From Balanoglossus misakiensis (lineage: Eukaryota > Animalia > Hemichordata): a stretch of DNA of 64,000 nt. A program made the position numbers and the translations under genes. The stretch covers positions 10,367,656 to 10,431,655 of the forward strand of contig CM082583.2 in the NCBI GenBank assembly GCA_040954595.2, read 5' to 3'. Under the pieces are notes generated by a model that was given only the letters and a program-made list of their open reading frames with translations, ran no database searches and was not told where the DNA came from. Positions 1-13,103 of the stretch are shown here, piece after piece. Every line of letters starts with the position of its first letter. Within the stretch, counting starts at the first letter, position 1.

Positions 1-2
1 CA

Positions 3-3000
3 GAGCAAAGAAAGGAGATCATCTGGGACCTACAAAACAAACAGAGCTTAGACCGACGTGATGATGGCCGAGAATCCACATACGAAGCAAAGCTTCAAAG
101 TAAAATCAGTGGTTTCAAAGCTCTGCTAGAATCGAAAGATTCTGTTATCAAAAACTTAGAGAGCAGGCTTGCTGATGTACAGTCAGAATCAGAGAAAATG
201 CGGCTGGGCCCCCAGGTCATCGAGCAACATCGGCAAGGAGAAAATGCATTAAAGCAGACACAGGATGACAATGAAGCCTTGCAAAGGGACCTCCTGTACT
301 CTCGAAAGCTTGCTGAGCAAAGATTACATGACATGACTTCTTTGGCACGGAAGTACAGTGCAACAAAGCAAAAGGAAAGCAATCATAAATCCCTCCTGAA
401 GAACTTGCAACTGCAGTTGCAAAACATGTCGGTTATAATTCAGACAAAGGAGGAGGAAATTGACAGACTCCGTGCTGAAATGCAGAAGATGTCACAGGAA
501 CAGAGTCAACACACGCAGCAGTCACCGGAGATTGGCGCACAGTATGCTGAACTACAAAATGAGCTGAGGATCATAACAGCTGACAATGAAGATCTGCAAA
601 AGGCACTTCTTTCCAGCCAACAGCTGGCTGAACACAGGTCAAAGGATATCAATTCTTTGTCACGAAAATACAGTGCAACAAAACAAGATGTTAACAACAG
701 CAAGACATTGGTAAGGAATCTACAGCAACAGGTGCAGAATATGAAATGGACAGTGGAAGCAAAGGACCAAGAAATTGCGGACATCCAGCGTGAACTGCAG
801 GACACAAAGAAAGAGCTGGGTGTTCTATCCCTGTCTGGACAGCAGATGAATGTCGAAGCTGCCATACACAAAGCCGACTCCAAGGAACTTGTGGACAACA
901 TGACAAAGCGTCTGTATGAGTTAAGAAAGGTGATAAGTGACCATTTGGTGACGATAACCTCTCTGAAAGCAGAGCTTCAGCAGTCCAAGAGATCCTCGAC
1001 AGACAAGGACGAACAGGTGCAGATGATAATTAACGAGACACGAGACCATCAAATCGAACTGGAGAAACAAATCGAAAAGATGCAAAATCAGTTACAAATC
1101 ATGGCCGAGAAGACAGGAGACCGCAACATCGACTCTCTTATCGAAACTCTGAAGGATGACCTCTTGGTTGCAAGAAGTGAATTGCACAAGAAAGAGCAGG
1201 AATTAGAAACATGCATGAGTGACCACAAAGAAGAGAAAGAAGCTCTTCAAAAAAGGCTCCAGAACGTGCAACAAGAGCTGACCTCCTCTTCATACTCAAG
1301 TCAGAAATATAGTGACATGAAGGAATTCTTCGAAGGGCAGCTTGCTGAAGCAAAGACGAAGGAAAAGGAGAAAAGCGAGAAATTCCATAAACTGATGAAA
1401 GAAAACGATGAAGGCAAACAGCAACTGAAGATGCAGATCAAAGACTTGGAGATGCAGTTGGTGAAAGCCCAATGCATGAGACAGAGCGGAGAAGAGAAGA
1501 TAGCACCAGCTGAGATCAGCCGAGCAAAGGATCTGGAACTCCAACTCATGAGATCTGAACAGCAACGACTGCAGCTTGAGAGTGACATACGACACCTGCA
1601 GAGACGTGACGTGGTTTCTCAATCTCAAACCGAAGCAGGAGTTTTGAACTCAGTGATTGACAGCCTCAAGAACGAGCTTCTCACTCTGAAGAATGGACTC
1701 CAAGAGAAGAATTATGAAATCGACCAGATGGTGAAAAGTCATGAGAGCGAAACTAAATCCCTGGCAAGTCAAATAGAAATTCTGAAGCAGCAAGTTAGCT
1801 ATTTCAGTGCACGATCTGTTCAGGACAATGCCACAGAGAAAGACAACGAAGTTATCACAAAATACCAAACAGTGATCAAAGAGTTTGAGAGAGAAAAGCA
1901 GCACCTACAAAGGGACGTGCAGAGTTTGCAGTTGCAGTTAATCAAGGCTGAAGCCAAGGTAGACTCCCAGGCTCTGCTGGACGCTGATGTTGCTTTGAAG
2001 AACGAAGTGGAGCTTGCAAGAAAGTTGCTGATTGAGAAAGACATCCAACTGCAGCAGTTGGCGAGGGTAAGCCAACAGCAGCACACAGAAATGCAGAGAG
2101 AGCTCCAGCAACTTCGGATACAACAGATTGAAGCAGGGGCTGAGATTGCCGACCGAGAAAAGGACAATACCATCACAGCTTTGAGAGAAGAGCTCGCATT
2201 GGCTAAACAACTGGTCAGAGAGAGGGAGGACCACTTGCAACTTGTTGTACAGGAGAGTCAAAAACAACAATTTGAACTTGAACGGAAACTGCAGGAGACG
2301 TATATGAAGTTAGTGAGTGCTGGTGAAAATAACATAACCGAAGAAACACGCCATGAAATGCAGCACTTGAAAGACGAACTGGCCAGGCTGAAACGCACCA
2401 CAACTGAAACTATTGACAACTCTTTGCTGAAGGTTCAGTTTGAGAATGCAAAAGAGGAGTGTGGACGCCATGTTAAGGAGCTGGAGACGCTAAAAGGGGA
2501 ATACGTTTCCACCAAGAAACTGTCATCTGAAAGAAGACACAAGATAGAGAAGCTGGAGGAAGAACTGGCCGACATGAAAGATCAAGCAAAGACGCATAAC
2601 TTGAATGAAAGGGACTTGTATGAGGAAATTTCTGTGGTGAAGTCGTTGGTCGATGTCAAGGAGAAACAGAACAAAACTCTGCAAGATACTTTAGATTCAA
2701 CCCGATATGGACTAAAACAGCAAGAAAACGCTACCGATAGGGCGAGAAAAGAACTTGAAAAACATCAAGTATTGACGCAGGAGAATCAACAAGAAGTAGA
2801 CTCACTGTCTGCTGAACTGCGGGAAAATCGCCAGATACTTCAAAAGATGGTCTCTGAAAGATCTGCTTTGATGCACGACCTTGAAGCTGCCGCAGCAGCG
2901 ATAGACATGCACAAGCAGCGGGTTGGGTCACTTGAAAACACACTGGAGGATGCCAATCGCAATCTTGAACAGAAACAAAAAGAGATCGAAAGCCTCAATA

Positions 3001-6000
3001 AAAACCTTAATGTTGCCAAGAAGATGGCCTCCGACAGGCATCGCAAGTTGGACCAGATGAAAGGCGATATTGTTGACGCTGGGGTCCTTGCAGATGGCAG
3101 ACAGAGGGAGATTATGGAACTTCTGGAGGAACTGGAGAGCAAGCGAGTGCTCACACACGATCAGCAGTTGCGACTCGAGTTGTTTAAGCATGACATGGTC
3201 AGTGCAGACAAACGCATCGGTGACCTGACAGACGAGCTACATGAACTGAACCAAGAAGTGATGGAACTAAGTGAAGCAGTCATCATCAAACAGAGTCAGA
3301 TTGACAAGATGCAGTCGGAATTTGGCGACACAAAGCAAATGGCTGATGATCGCCTACAACAGATCGACGAACTGAATAAAATTATCGATGAGTCAGAAAT
3401 ATCTACCAAGGCAAAGGATTCGGAAATCGTCAACTTACACCAGGAATTGGCTAGGATAGAGAGCATTTCACTGGAACATAAACAGGAAATAGAGTCTTAC
3501 GAAGATAATGTCCAACGTCTGACTGCAGTTGTGAAAGACCTAAAACAACAGAACGATGGCAACAGTGAGAAACTGCGTGGTAATGGACTGGTTGTAGCGG
3601 ATATAAAGAAGGAGTTGAGGAAGACGGAAGCCGAGTTGAAGGACGTTCGCAGTCAACTCGGTGGGAGAGACCAGCAGATTGTCAACCTTGTCCACAACTT
3701 GGATGCTTCGGTGAATGTCGCCGAAGACCGTCTGGTGCAGCTGAAGACCATGCACCAAGAAATGAAGAGTTTGCAAAGAGAGATCAAAGATCGCGACAAG
3801 AGCCTGAAGAACCTGCAGCACGAGCTCCAATCCGCCAAGAATCACTCTGAGAGTAAAGAGAAGAAGGCAGAGGCTCTCTCGGGAAAGATTGAAGGTTTCA
3901 AGAGACTGGCCGAGGAAAGGGGCGCGCAGGTGTCCTCCCTGCAGAAGGATGTGCAAACGGCGAGGGAACGTGCGAAGAGCAAACAAGAACAGCTGGAATC
4001 AATACAGAGTTCACTTGTGTAAGTATCAGTCCTTTTTGGTGGCGGACAGTATTTCTGAATTTCAGGACATGGAGGAAGAGAAATAATAAGTAAACACGAC
4101 CGACATATTTAATGTTCCCCATTGTAGGAAGCAGACCGCAGAGTATAGGTCACAGCACGAACAGGCAACTCAGTTGCTCAGTCAGAAAAATGCCATGGAA
4201 GAGAGACTGCAAAAACTGTCTGATGATCATCAGAAAAATGTAAGTATCATCCATGTGCTCCGGCATAGTATAACTGCCTTGCCACCCATGGCGCATTTCA
4301 AAGTCAACCTTAGCATGGGACTTTCTTGTAATCTTTTTTATCGCTAACCATATTTTTCGGAATATTTTCCACAGGCAAAAGAACTGCTTACCGTCCAGGA
4401 AATGAATCAGACGCTCTTTTACGAGAGATGCAAATCCGAATCCGAAAGGAAACAATGCAAGGACGAATTGGTCGCAGTGAGACATCTTTTGGAATCCGAA
4501 AAAGATTCTCATAAAGCTGAAATGTTCGCTCTAAATTCCGAACTGCAGCAGAGCAAAGAAAATGTAGGTTCAATCTGTGGGTTTCGTACGTGACATTATG
4601 ACACGGTCACGTATAATTGTAGAAAGCCATGCAAATATAAACAAGTGCAAGAGATTTCTTGGGCATTATACACGTACATGTATTTTAAATTCTATTCTTA
4701 CAAGAACTCCTCTTTCGACGCTAGGTTCGCTCGGTAGAGAGCGCGAGAGACAAACTCGCCTCTGCTCTGGAAGATGTCAAAGAGCAACTGTCAGCCGATC
4801 TCGACAGGGCGAACAGAAAATCGGAGAAACTCGGCAAACATCTCGTAAATTGTGAGGCTGAGCTTGGCGTGGTGAAAAACAACTATAACCTGGTTTGCAC
4901 CGCCATGGAAGTCGAAAGGAAGGACTTCGAGACATTGAAGGTGAGACTCAGTATTCTAGATATATTCTGTGTCGATGATAACCTTAATCTGCCTCGGATG
5001 ACTGTGATTTTGTAGCTGCGCAATTGTGTTAACCAGCAATCTTGTTCGCCGCAAGGTGTCTCGTGGCACCAGAAACACATTATTCTCCATTGGGAAAACC
5101 ATTCACACAAGACCGGCCTTGACTTGCATTGGCCGACAAATACACCGTCGTTTAATGGCGTAGTCGACAACTGACAACTCGATACTTCGTCATTATTTTC
5201 ATAATGTTTCACTCCGAGTCGAAAAACGTAAATTATTTTTTCATATAAAACCAACACAGATGTTATACACAGTGACGCATTCTTAAGAAATTAACTTTTT
5301 ACCACCTGTTTTTAGCTCGAGTGTAAGCAATCGGAAGAAGTAAGATCAACACTCGAAGAAAAAGTAAAAGATTTCACCATTCTCCTTGAAACGTCACAAT
5401 TGACGACCCAGGCTGGGAAGGAGAAGTACGAAATCCTGGAGCGGGAAAAGAGATCTCTTCTAGAAGGTGACTTACCTGTCGTTGTTTTGTTGTTGTTAGC
5501 CCACGCTCTGTCGCACGAACCTATCAGATATGTGGCCATCAGTTCTGTCCAGGATCTATGGTTGCATACACCTAGACACAGAATATAATATAAATGTTTG
5601 TCATCTAGCCAATCAGAGATTCACACAGATGTATTTCGACCGTATGTGTAGCGGTCTCGTAAGGTTTGTTTTGATGAGTCAAGTCACTCTTCAACCCGGT
5701 GCACGACAGGTACATGAATATTGAAATCTGTGAGGATATATTAACGTGCAGTGCAAGTTTTACTCGTCTTTTGGGAAAATGCTAGTATTAGTCGACTTGA
5801 TCACGAAAATACGTCCCTCCTACAAGTTTTTGTTACTTTGCAGATGTGCACCATTTGGAGGACACACTCGCCGAGAAGGAGCGATTAATAAGGGACGCCA
5901 AAGAAGTCAGTAAGCAGACGATCGAAGCTTTGAACCGCCAACACGAGAAAGAGTGCCACCAGCTGGATAAAACCAAGTCTGATCTTCAGTGTCAAGTCGA

Positions 6001-9000
6001 TGACCTGCAGGAACGCTGCGAAGTTCTGAACAACCAGTTGGAACAGAGAAATTTGCAGCTGACAAGCTTTGGGAAGACCCTCCGCGAACTGGACTCAGTT
6101 CGCCGGTATGTAAACTCCCTCCCCGTGGGCAGTCTCCAAGAAAGGCGACCTTTCTTGGAGTTTGAGAATGTAACGCGAATATGTAACACAGAACTGCTGT
6201 AACAGAAATTCGATGAAGAGGTTCCGCGTATGTTCCGCCATTTTCTTTCGACGGAAAGAAATATTGCTCGTCGTCTTAATAGGGGAGGCGTTGAATGAAA
6301 AATAATTAACAAATTAATTTCAACAGATGCAACACGGATCTCGAAACCCGCATCAAATCTTTAGAACGTGACCTTGAAAAGGCCCGAAAATGGGTCGAAA
6401 ACAGGTCTGCTGAATGTGGCGACAAAGACCAGATACTGGACAGAATCAGACAGGCGCTGAGCAAGTCACAAAAATTAAACGCCGACTTCAAGGAGCAGCT
6501 TACACAACAGAGAGAAAATGCTGCCAAGATCATCGGTGACAAGGAAAGAGAAAAGTCCGATTTGAACAAAACTCTGACGGATGTGAGTAACAAATTCTAC
6601 CATTATGTCATGTGGTGTGCGCGCCAGTTTGTGCTGTGCACGTTATATGGTAGTGTACGTTAGTCAATACAAACTACACATGGTAAAATTTCACATGTGC
6701 TAATTGTGTGTCACTTACATGTACCACGATGGGCGGACTGATTTTCCCAATTTGGAGTTCTAGTATCCATCTTCTGTGGGCCGGTTTACCTCTATGACTC
6801 TGCATTCCCGCTGTGGCACACACTAAAGATAAGTCTTTCCTCTCTCCGCGGTGTATTTCATGCAGGTCAAGACTTCACTGGAGGACACCAAAATGGACTA
6901 TGAAACCGCGACGAAGTCGAACGCCTCTCTGGAGTGCGACAAGCGCCACCTGGTGGACACGATTGAGAGGTTGCAGGACGAACTGGACAGCGAATCGAAG
7001 CACAGGATGCTGGCCGAACAGGTGGCCACCGACCGTGAATACGAAATAAAGGAGTACAAACACGACCAAGTACGTGTTTTTTTTTTTCTGGGTAGTTGCC
7101 CGACAGCCGAGATAGAACATCCCCGCCTTAACCATCCGTTTTATTGCGATATTTTAACAGGACCTCCTTCACAAAAATCTGACTAAACTGAGGGATGACG
7201 TCACACATCTTGAACGGCGTCTGCAAGACGAGAAGAACCGTATCGACAGGTTGAAGAACGAACGCGAAGATCTGAAATCACTTATAGCTGTCTTGGAAAA
7301 CAGAGCCGGTGGCTTGGTCCAGAAAATCAATCACTATCAGGTTTTTAAAAATATAAATTAATTATAATTTCGATAAATTACAAATTTCATCTCGAACAAC
7401 TACTACTGCTGTGATGGTGGTGGTGGCTGGATCAGTCACTCAGTCCACCCCTTACCGCTAATCAAACGTCGACATTTTTCGCTCCAGAACGAACTTGCCA
7501 AGACAAGAAAGAAGATGATGTCGAGGTGCCGCACTCTCAAGGAGGAAGACGAAAAAGTGATGATGGACTTGCATGATAAAATGTGAGTTAACGAACTTAC
7601 TTATCAATTGGATTTTCCTTCAGATTATGTCTTTGCTTATATATTCCCCGACTTTCTGACCCTCTGCCTCTCTCTCCGATTTTTTTTCCGACAGAAATAT
7701 TCTGTCTTGTGACAAGGAGAATAGTCTTGAACAGCTGAACAAGACAGTGAAAGAACTGGAAGATATGAGGTGAGGGGTGAACGCGCACGCGTAACAATAT
7801 AGAAGAGAATCAACAGATTTTCCTAATACGGAAACATTCAAAATGTCCAGAGCGTCAACATTTCACTTCGCTTATAATACCTTAATAAATTGCCTTCCAC
7901 AGAAACATTGCCTCCAAAAAGAATGAACAGTGTCTACAACTAAAGAAATCCGCGACAGAGCTTGACAACGAAAAGAAGGATTTGAAGTTTGACTTGAAGA
8001 AAGCAGAAGATGCATTGAAAGTAGAAACAGCCTTGCAAGAGAGACTGTCTTTGAGGTAAAAGTTTTGTAACTTTACATTTGTTTTAATGGTTGTGTTTAT
8101 GCAAAAAATACTCAGCAACAACGATTTTTTGTTTACAGAAATCAGGAACTAGAAAATGAACTTGGAAGACTACGTAACACTCTGGGAAAGCTGCAAGAAG
8201 ACTCCATCTTGGGCCATCACCAGAGTCCCAATGCAGCCACCAATGATCAACGGTATGTAGGGCCTACAGCTAAATTTGTCACTTTATCAGCCGACATTAA
8301 GTTTTCCTTTCCAATGACCAAAATGTTATTCATTTTTCCCCATACAGTTCGGAATTAAAGACAGTTGTGTCAGAATTGACTAAACAAATACAAAAGCAGA
8401 CAGCATCTAGAATTCCAGATAATTCGAACAAAGATAAGTTGACGGTAGGTGAACTTTCCTTAAAGCAGAGACCCTCGAGAAAAGTCGAAGTTCACGTCAA
8501 TGCGCTATGTCAGAGTATCATAAAAGTTCAAATATTATGTGGATTTTTTACGGTACAGTTGTCCCAACTGCAAAGTGAGCTGAACCGGGAGAAGACATTC
8601 CGTGCAGTTGAGCAGCAACAACTCCAAGCTGCGAACGAAGAAATCGAACACCTCAGACAGACGCTGAACAAGTGTAACACCCGCAAAAGTGCGTCTGCCA
8701 CCCCAGAAAGGTAACAATTATAATACTGCACTTATATATTTATCGCTTTAGGCCTATGCAAAATTTCTTTCGCCCATCAATTCAACTTTATTTTTTTATT
8801 TTTCAAGGAGTCCACGACGAAGACTGGTACTGGATGACGTCACTCAAATGGTGGCCGACTCACAAACACGTGCTGCTCAAGCAATGGCTATTCAGCAAAG
8901 CATGCTGGGAAACTCGACTTTCGGCTCCCCAGTGTTCGGCGGGTCACCAAGGACACCAGCGCCAAGTGGAGCAGGGCCCTGTACTGACTACATCTCGATA

Positions 9001-9045
9001 CCGTTGCCTGGTTCGGCTCCGCAGCCACCGTCACCTACTCTGTGA
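3..9045 (+). CDS. Coiled-coil gene A: large uncharacterised multi-exon coiled-coil protein, 5'-partial. Exons read by eye: <3-4018, 4128-4239, 4375-4563, 4725-4940, 5316-5466, 5844-6105, 6327-6582, 6866-7069, 7161-7340, 7488-7582, 7695-7769, 7903-8055, 8139-8252, 8348-8444, 8559-8710, 8808-9045
   Basis: The frame of ORF 198-4022 is open back to base 3 (EQRKEIIWDLQ...), so the ATG at 198 is internal. The protein is E/K/Q/L-rich with heptad patterning. GTAAGT donor at 4019; each following exon has AG/GT boundaries whose phases join into one frame ending ...PQPPSPTL* at 9045. AATAAA at 9102. Confidence 0.88.
267..800 (+). repeat. Internal 105-aa (315-nt) tandem duplication in the giant exon of gene A
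   Basis: DNEALQRDLLYSRKLAEQRLHDMTSLARKYSATKQ...LLKNLQLQLQNM (from 267) vs DNEDLQKALLSSQQLAEHRSKDINSLSRKYSATKQ...LVRNLQQQVQNM (from 582); offset 315 nt. Confidence 0.9.
950..2320 (+). repeat. Degenerate ~55-62-aa coiled-coil modules in the giant exon of gene A
   Basis: Recurrent I/V-x-x-L-K/R-x-E/D-L/V starts: LKAEL 963, LKDDL 1149, LKNEL 1665, LKNEV 1995, LREEL 2181. Two spacings are exactly 186 nt (62 aa). Confidence 0.65.
2520..4018 (+). repeat. Degenerate 21-aa (three-heptad) repeat tract in gene A
   Basis: Units such as LSSERRHKIEKLEEELADMKD, MASDRHRKLDQMKGDIVDAGV, LADGRQREIMELLEELESKRV, MADDRLQQIDELNKIIDESEI, LAEERGAQVSSLQKDVQTARE. Same unit as in gene B exon 22212-22774. Confidence 0.75.
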
Positions 9046-9101
9046 CGGATTATGGTGGCCAACAGTCATGACTGCCAGATGTGCTGAGTGTATAATTACG
9101 A

Positions 9102-9107
9102 AATAAA
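9102..9107 (+). terminator. Probable polyadenylation signal of gene A
   Basis: AATAAA 56 nt after the stop codon, followed by a T/GT-rich tract (ttttgtgtagtgcttttgttatttt). Confidence 0.65.
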
Positions 9108-9279
9108 GTTGACATGAAATTCCAGTTTTTGTGTAGTGCTTTTGTTATTTTGCTCACTGCCGATGCTCTATTTCGTCAAATAAAATTCTATAGTCGCTGT
9201 GTTTAACGTCACAGAAGGGGTGTGATCGTTAATTGCAAAGAAAACCATTCAATGGATGAATCTGAAAACTTCCTCCATG

Positions 9280-9640
9280 CTCAGTGCTGTTGCTATGGGC
9301 GCAGCCATATTGCTTTATTACCCACAATTCATCTGAAGGTCACCTGAGTCCACGCGTCGACCGCAGTTCACCCCTTGACCTCGAATAACGTGTGACCTTT
9401 CCAACGACCGAGCTGATCAGCGCACTGGCAGTGGGAATGCAGGTCAAACGTGGGGTGGTGGTACAAAATCGAGGTCTATGCACGTGCATATATATCGCCA
9501 ACATCGTGGGGGCAGATGCCTTTTGAAATGTTAAGGGTAAGATGAAAAATATGCACAGCAATGATGATGTAACGTACATGTACACGTGTCCTTGACCGGT
9601 TGTTGGAAATGAAACTATACTCATGATCACGCGTGACTGT
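9280..9640 (+). promoter_or_regulatory. Probable promoter/5' non-coding exon of the MFS gene
   Basis: CpG-containing island between the gene A polyA signal and the CpG-poor MFS body. It carries AGGTCA/TGACCT half-sites (9337, 9376, 9393, 9441). A splice acceptor (tttcatcaacag ending 10010) precedes the ATG exon, implying an upstream non-coding exon. Confidence 0.45.
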
Positions 9641-10202
9641 GTGTTCTTAGTTGTGTGGCACTTCCTAAAACAGCTCTGGCACAGCTAGCTAGACAGTTCT
9701 CAGTAGCAGTATGTATGTTAGATGTTCTGTCTTTATTATAACCTCCATGGTATGACCCAGCCCCTTGATTGTACACCGGGGGAATCATGTTGTTATACTG
9801 ACCATCCTCATCTGTTCGTGACCTACCATGGCAGATGACCTCTGTTACATTGGCCCCGTTTGTGGCTCAGCTACATCCTTCTATTTAATATTTAATGCTC
9901 TAGTCTGTTTACAGTGTAACTGTTAAACGTACAACATTCCTGGGAGACCAGGCTACACATAGTGTCAGTTGCAACTACATGTAGTAATGCTATTTATGTT
10001 TCATCAACAGATTTTTCTTCCATTCTAAAAACACTTTCAGGAAGTTTGCCATCCAGACTGTCTTTAATCCAGTGGCTGACACAATGAGTGGTCGTCAGTG
10101 AGTGCAGTGAGAGTCTCGTACCCCATCAACTATTATCAAGGCATGCACCAACTCCATCTAATGCAGCGCTACATACTGTCCTAGCATTAGGAAGCAAAAG
10201 CC

Positions 10203-13103
10203 ATGGGTCAGCTATTTGAAAATATCTTCAGCAAGAGTAAATCATATGATGAAGAAGATGATGATTTAGCTCCCAGACACAACAACAGTACAACTGGTCG
10301 TGCTGTAGGATCACTGTCCATTGTGTTTTTGGTATATGTTTTAATACAAGCAGACAGACAGTTACTTCCAGCTCTTATTCCAGCAGGTATGCTCAAAATT
10401 TAAGGTTTATTTCATTCTTGGCTTTTAAACATTCACACATCATCATAGTAAGTTACAAGAACATAGGGAGAAGACTCTTAATTCAATAGTTTTCTAACAG
10501 TCTGAACTCTATCATTCTTTAATAGTGGTAGAACTGAACAACAGTATTTGGTTATTGATCTTGTATACCTAGTTTTAATTTTTGTGATCTAAATTTTTTT
10601 TTGTGTGTTTCAGGACTACGATGTTATCCCAAGCTTGATGATGACAATGAACATGACAAATGTCCTGACTTCAGAAATATCTCACATGTGTACTGCGATC
10701 CAGATGACTGTATTCCTTTCAATGATTTTCAGGTTTGTGAATTTCAATCGTATCCAACTGTTCAAAAAACCTTGTGCTGCCTCTGTCACAGCAGTGCATA
10801 AAATGATAACAACTTTCTTCTTCAGTAGTCATTGTTCTGTGTCTGAAATATATCTTGTTTTACTACCTATACCATGCTATTGCTAAAGTGCTCACTTAGA
10901 ATTTCTGTTTGTATTTTTGTTACAGCATGCAGCTTTGACAGGTCTGGCCTATGTGTTTGCCTATCTGCTTGCCAGTATTCCAATTGGCAGACTAGCTGAT
11001 CTGTCCACAAGAGTTGGCGTGATTGGTTTTGGCATGTTTGTCTGGTGTGCGTTTGTTCTGACAACGGGTCTTTCCAAAACTTTCTGGTTGCTTTTACTGG
11101 CTCGTGTTGGAGTTGGTGTGGGCGAGGTAAAGTAAAAATTATGTATACACAGTGTAGTCAAACTTATATTCCATTTATACATGTTATGCAATTATAATCA
11201 AATGGTTATTTGAGAGCCCAAAATACTAATAATGGTCTTTAATTCCACGTCATTTCAGGCATCGTGCAACCCATCATCCTATGCATTGTTGTCAGATCTA
11301 TTTTACACAAGCAGGACCAAAGCTCTATCATTTTATCATCTAGGATATTATATAGGTACGTATTGGAAGATAAACACTGTGTGTCACGTATTTCTTGTGC
11401 ATTGCAATCAAGATTCACTGTATCAATCTGTGATGACACTGTTTCATATCATTCCAAATCTAGGGTATATGAATATCTACCTCAACATAATGAATAACAA
11501 TTTTGTTTCTTTCTTATTCACTTCAGGAGGTTCACTAGGCTATGCAGTTGGTGCTGCCAACGCTGTGATGTGTTGGAGGTGGCCATTTTTTATCATGGCA
11601 TTTTTGGGTTTTCTAGTTTTCGTCTTAGTTGTCTTATTTCTCAGAGATCCTGAAGCGGAAGAGAGAATTTTACCAGCGCCAGTTCCAACATCTTTTAAAG
11701 TAAGCACATGTAAATATTTGATGCCAGACGGTCTCAATATCAAACAACAGGTCAAATCCAACTTAAACATAGTGTCATAACATAATTTTTTTATAACATT
11801 GTATATATTTTTTATAACAAGATATTTTGTTCATTTTAGGAAACAGCATTACAGTTACTGAAATCCAAGCCGTTTATCATGATCTGCTTCGCTTCTTCAG
11901 TGAGAATGATAGCAGCATTTGTATTGTTGGCATGGTTACCAACGTTTTATGCCAGACAGTTTTCCCTTTCGGTGGATGAATACAGTGGTAAACTGGCTGT
12001 AATTGTGTTGGTTGGTGGATGTATAGGAAGCCTTAGTGGAGGGTTTCTAGCTGATAGGTAATTATTCACATTGGAACTACATATCTATGGAAACTGTATC
12101 AGTCACTGTATATGGTACCGTAATTGATAAAGTCTGTATGATAACTAACAACAGGATGAACAGTAAAAGTGCATGTTATTTCTTTTTTTTTTCAGGGTGT
12201 CTATCAACAAAAAGCAAGCCAAATCATATGTGATAGGACTCAGTCAGTTAATTGCCACACCTCTTGTAGCCGGTGCCTTTGCAGTTCCACGGGAAGAGCT
12301 GTCATTTCTCTTGTTTTTCCTGTCCTTTGTCTTCTCAGAAACATGGATTGGAGTTTCTGCAACGATTGTCCAGGTAAAATATCAGTGAAATAAGAACAAT
12401 TTTGGTGCTTTCTACCATGGCAACAAAATTGCTACTTCATCAGTTTGTTCACTGCAATTTTACAACTTAATTATTGTATTATTTTATGGCATTAAAAAAT
12501 GACTCGCCATCCACATTGTTATAGCGCCCTCATGAGTCAAATGTGGATGTCGATAGGATTGTCATCAGTCAAATAAAGTATCATTTGTGCCTTAGTTAAT
12601 TCTACAATTCGTTGATCTCATTTCCAATACAGGATTTGACAATACCGGAAATAAGAGCCCAGGCATCAGCAGTTTATGTTGTGATACACACACTCATTGG
12701 TGGCATGGGACCATTGATTGTGAGTTCAGAAATAATTCTTTGCTTTAACTTAACCGGTTGACCGCTTGAATTGAGCAACACTCAACTTTGCTAGTCTACA
12801 TATTAATACCTGTCTTTGACTTTAATTCACCAGGTTGCTGTTCTACTGGACCAGATCCACTCACAGGACATGTGTGACGAATATATTGGAAATATTTTAC
12901 TCATCGTTGTACCCAGTTGCTACGGACTATCGGCAATACTCTACTCACTACTTGGAGTTTTAATCAAAAAACAGATCGAAGGACAGAACATTAGCTATTT
13001 ACATTTTGACACAGCGGAGTTGGAAGCCAGCACAACTTCAGTGGAGTCAGACGCGTTCAGTTTGGCCATTCGAAATAGATCATATCAGGGAACGTATTCA
13101 TAG
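10203..13103 (+). CDS. Major facilitator superfamily transporter, Spinster-like. Exons: 10203-10386, 10614-10732, 10926-11126, 11259-11355, 11527-11699, 11840-12057, 12196-12373, 12633-12719, 12834-13103
   Basis: MFS motif A GRLADLSTR and GGFLADR. Spinster-type signatures: ADRQLL, FWLLLLARVGVGVGEASCNP...LLSDLF, RTKALSFYHLGYYIGGSLGY and WRWPF. Multiple hydrophobic segments. Exon phases are consistent. Confidence 0.88.

Noticed and set aside
95-3986. Many antisense and alternative-frame ORFs over the giant exon of gene A
   Set aside because: Shadow ORFs of E/K/Q-rich coding sequence (Leu/Ser/Phe/Cys-rich, no splice or domain logic).
198-4022. Treating ORF 198-4022 as a complete 1274-aa protein, or naming it myosin/SMC/rootletin
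   Set aside because: The frame is open upstream, the stop lies inside a GTAAGT donor, and there are no motor, Walker or other diagnostic motifs; only generic coiled coil.
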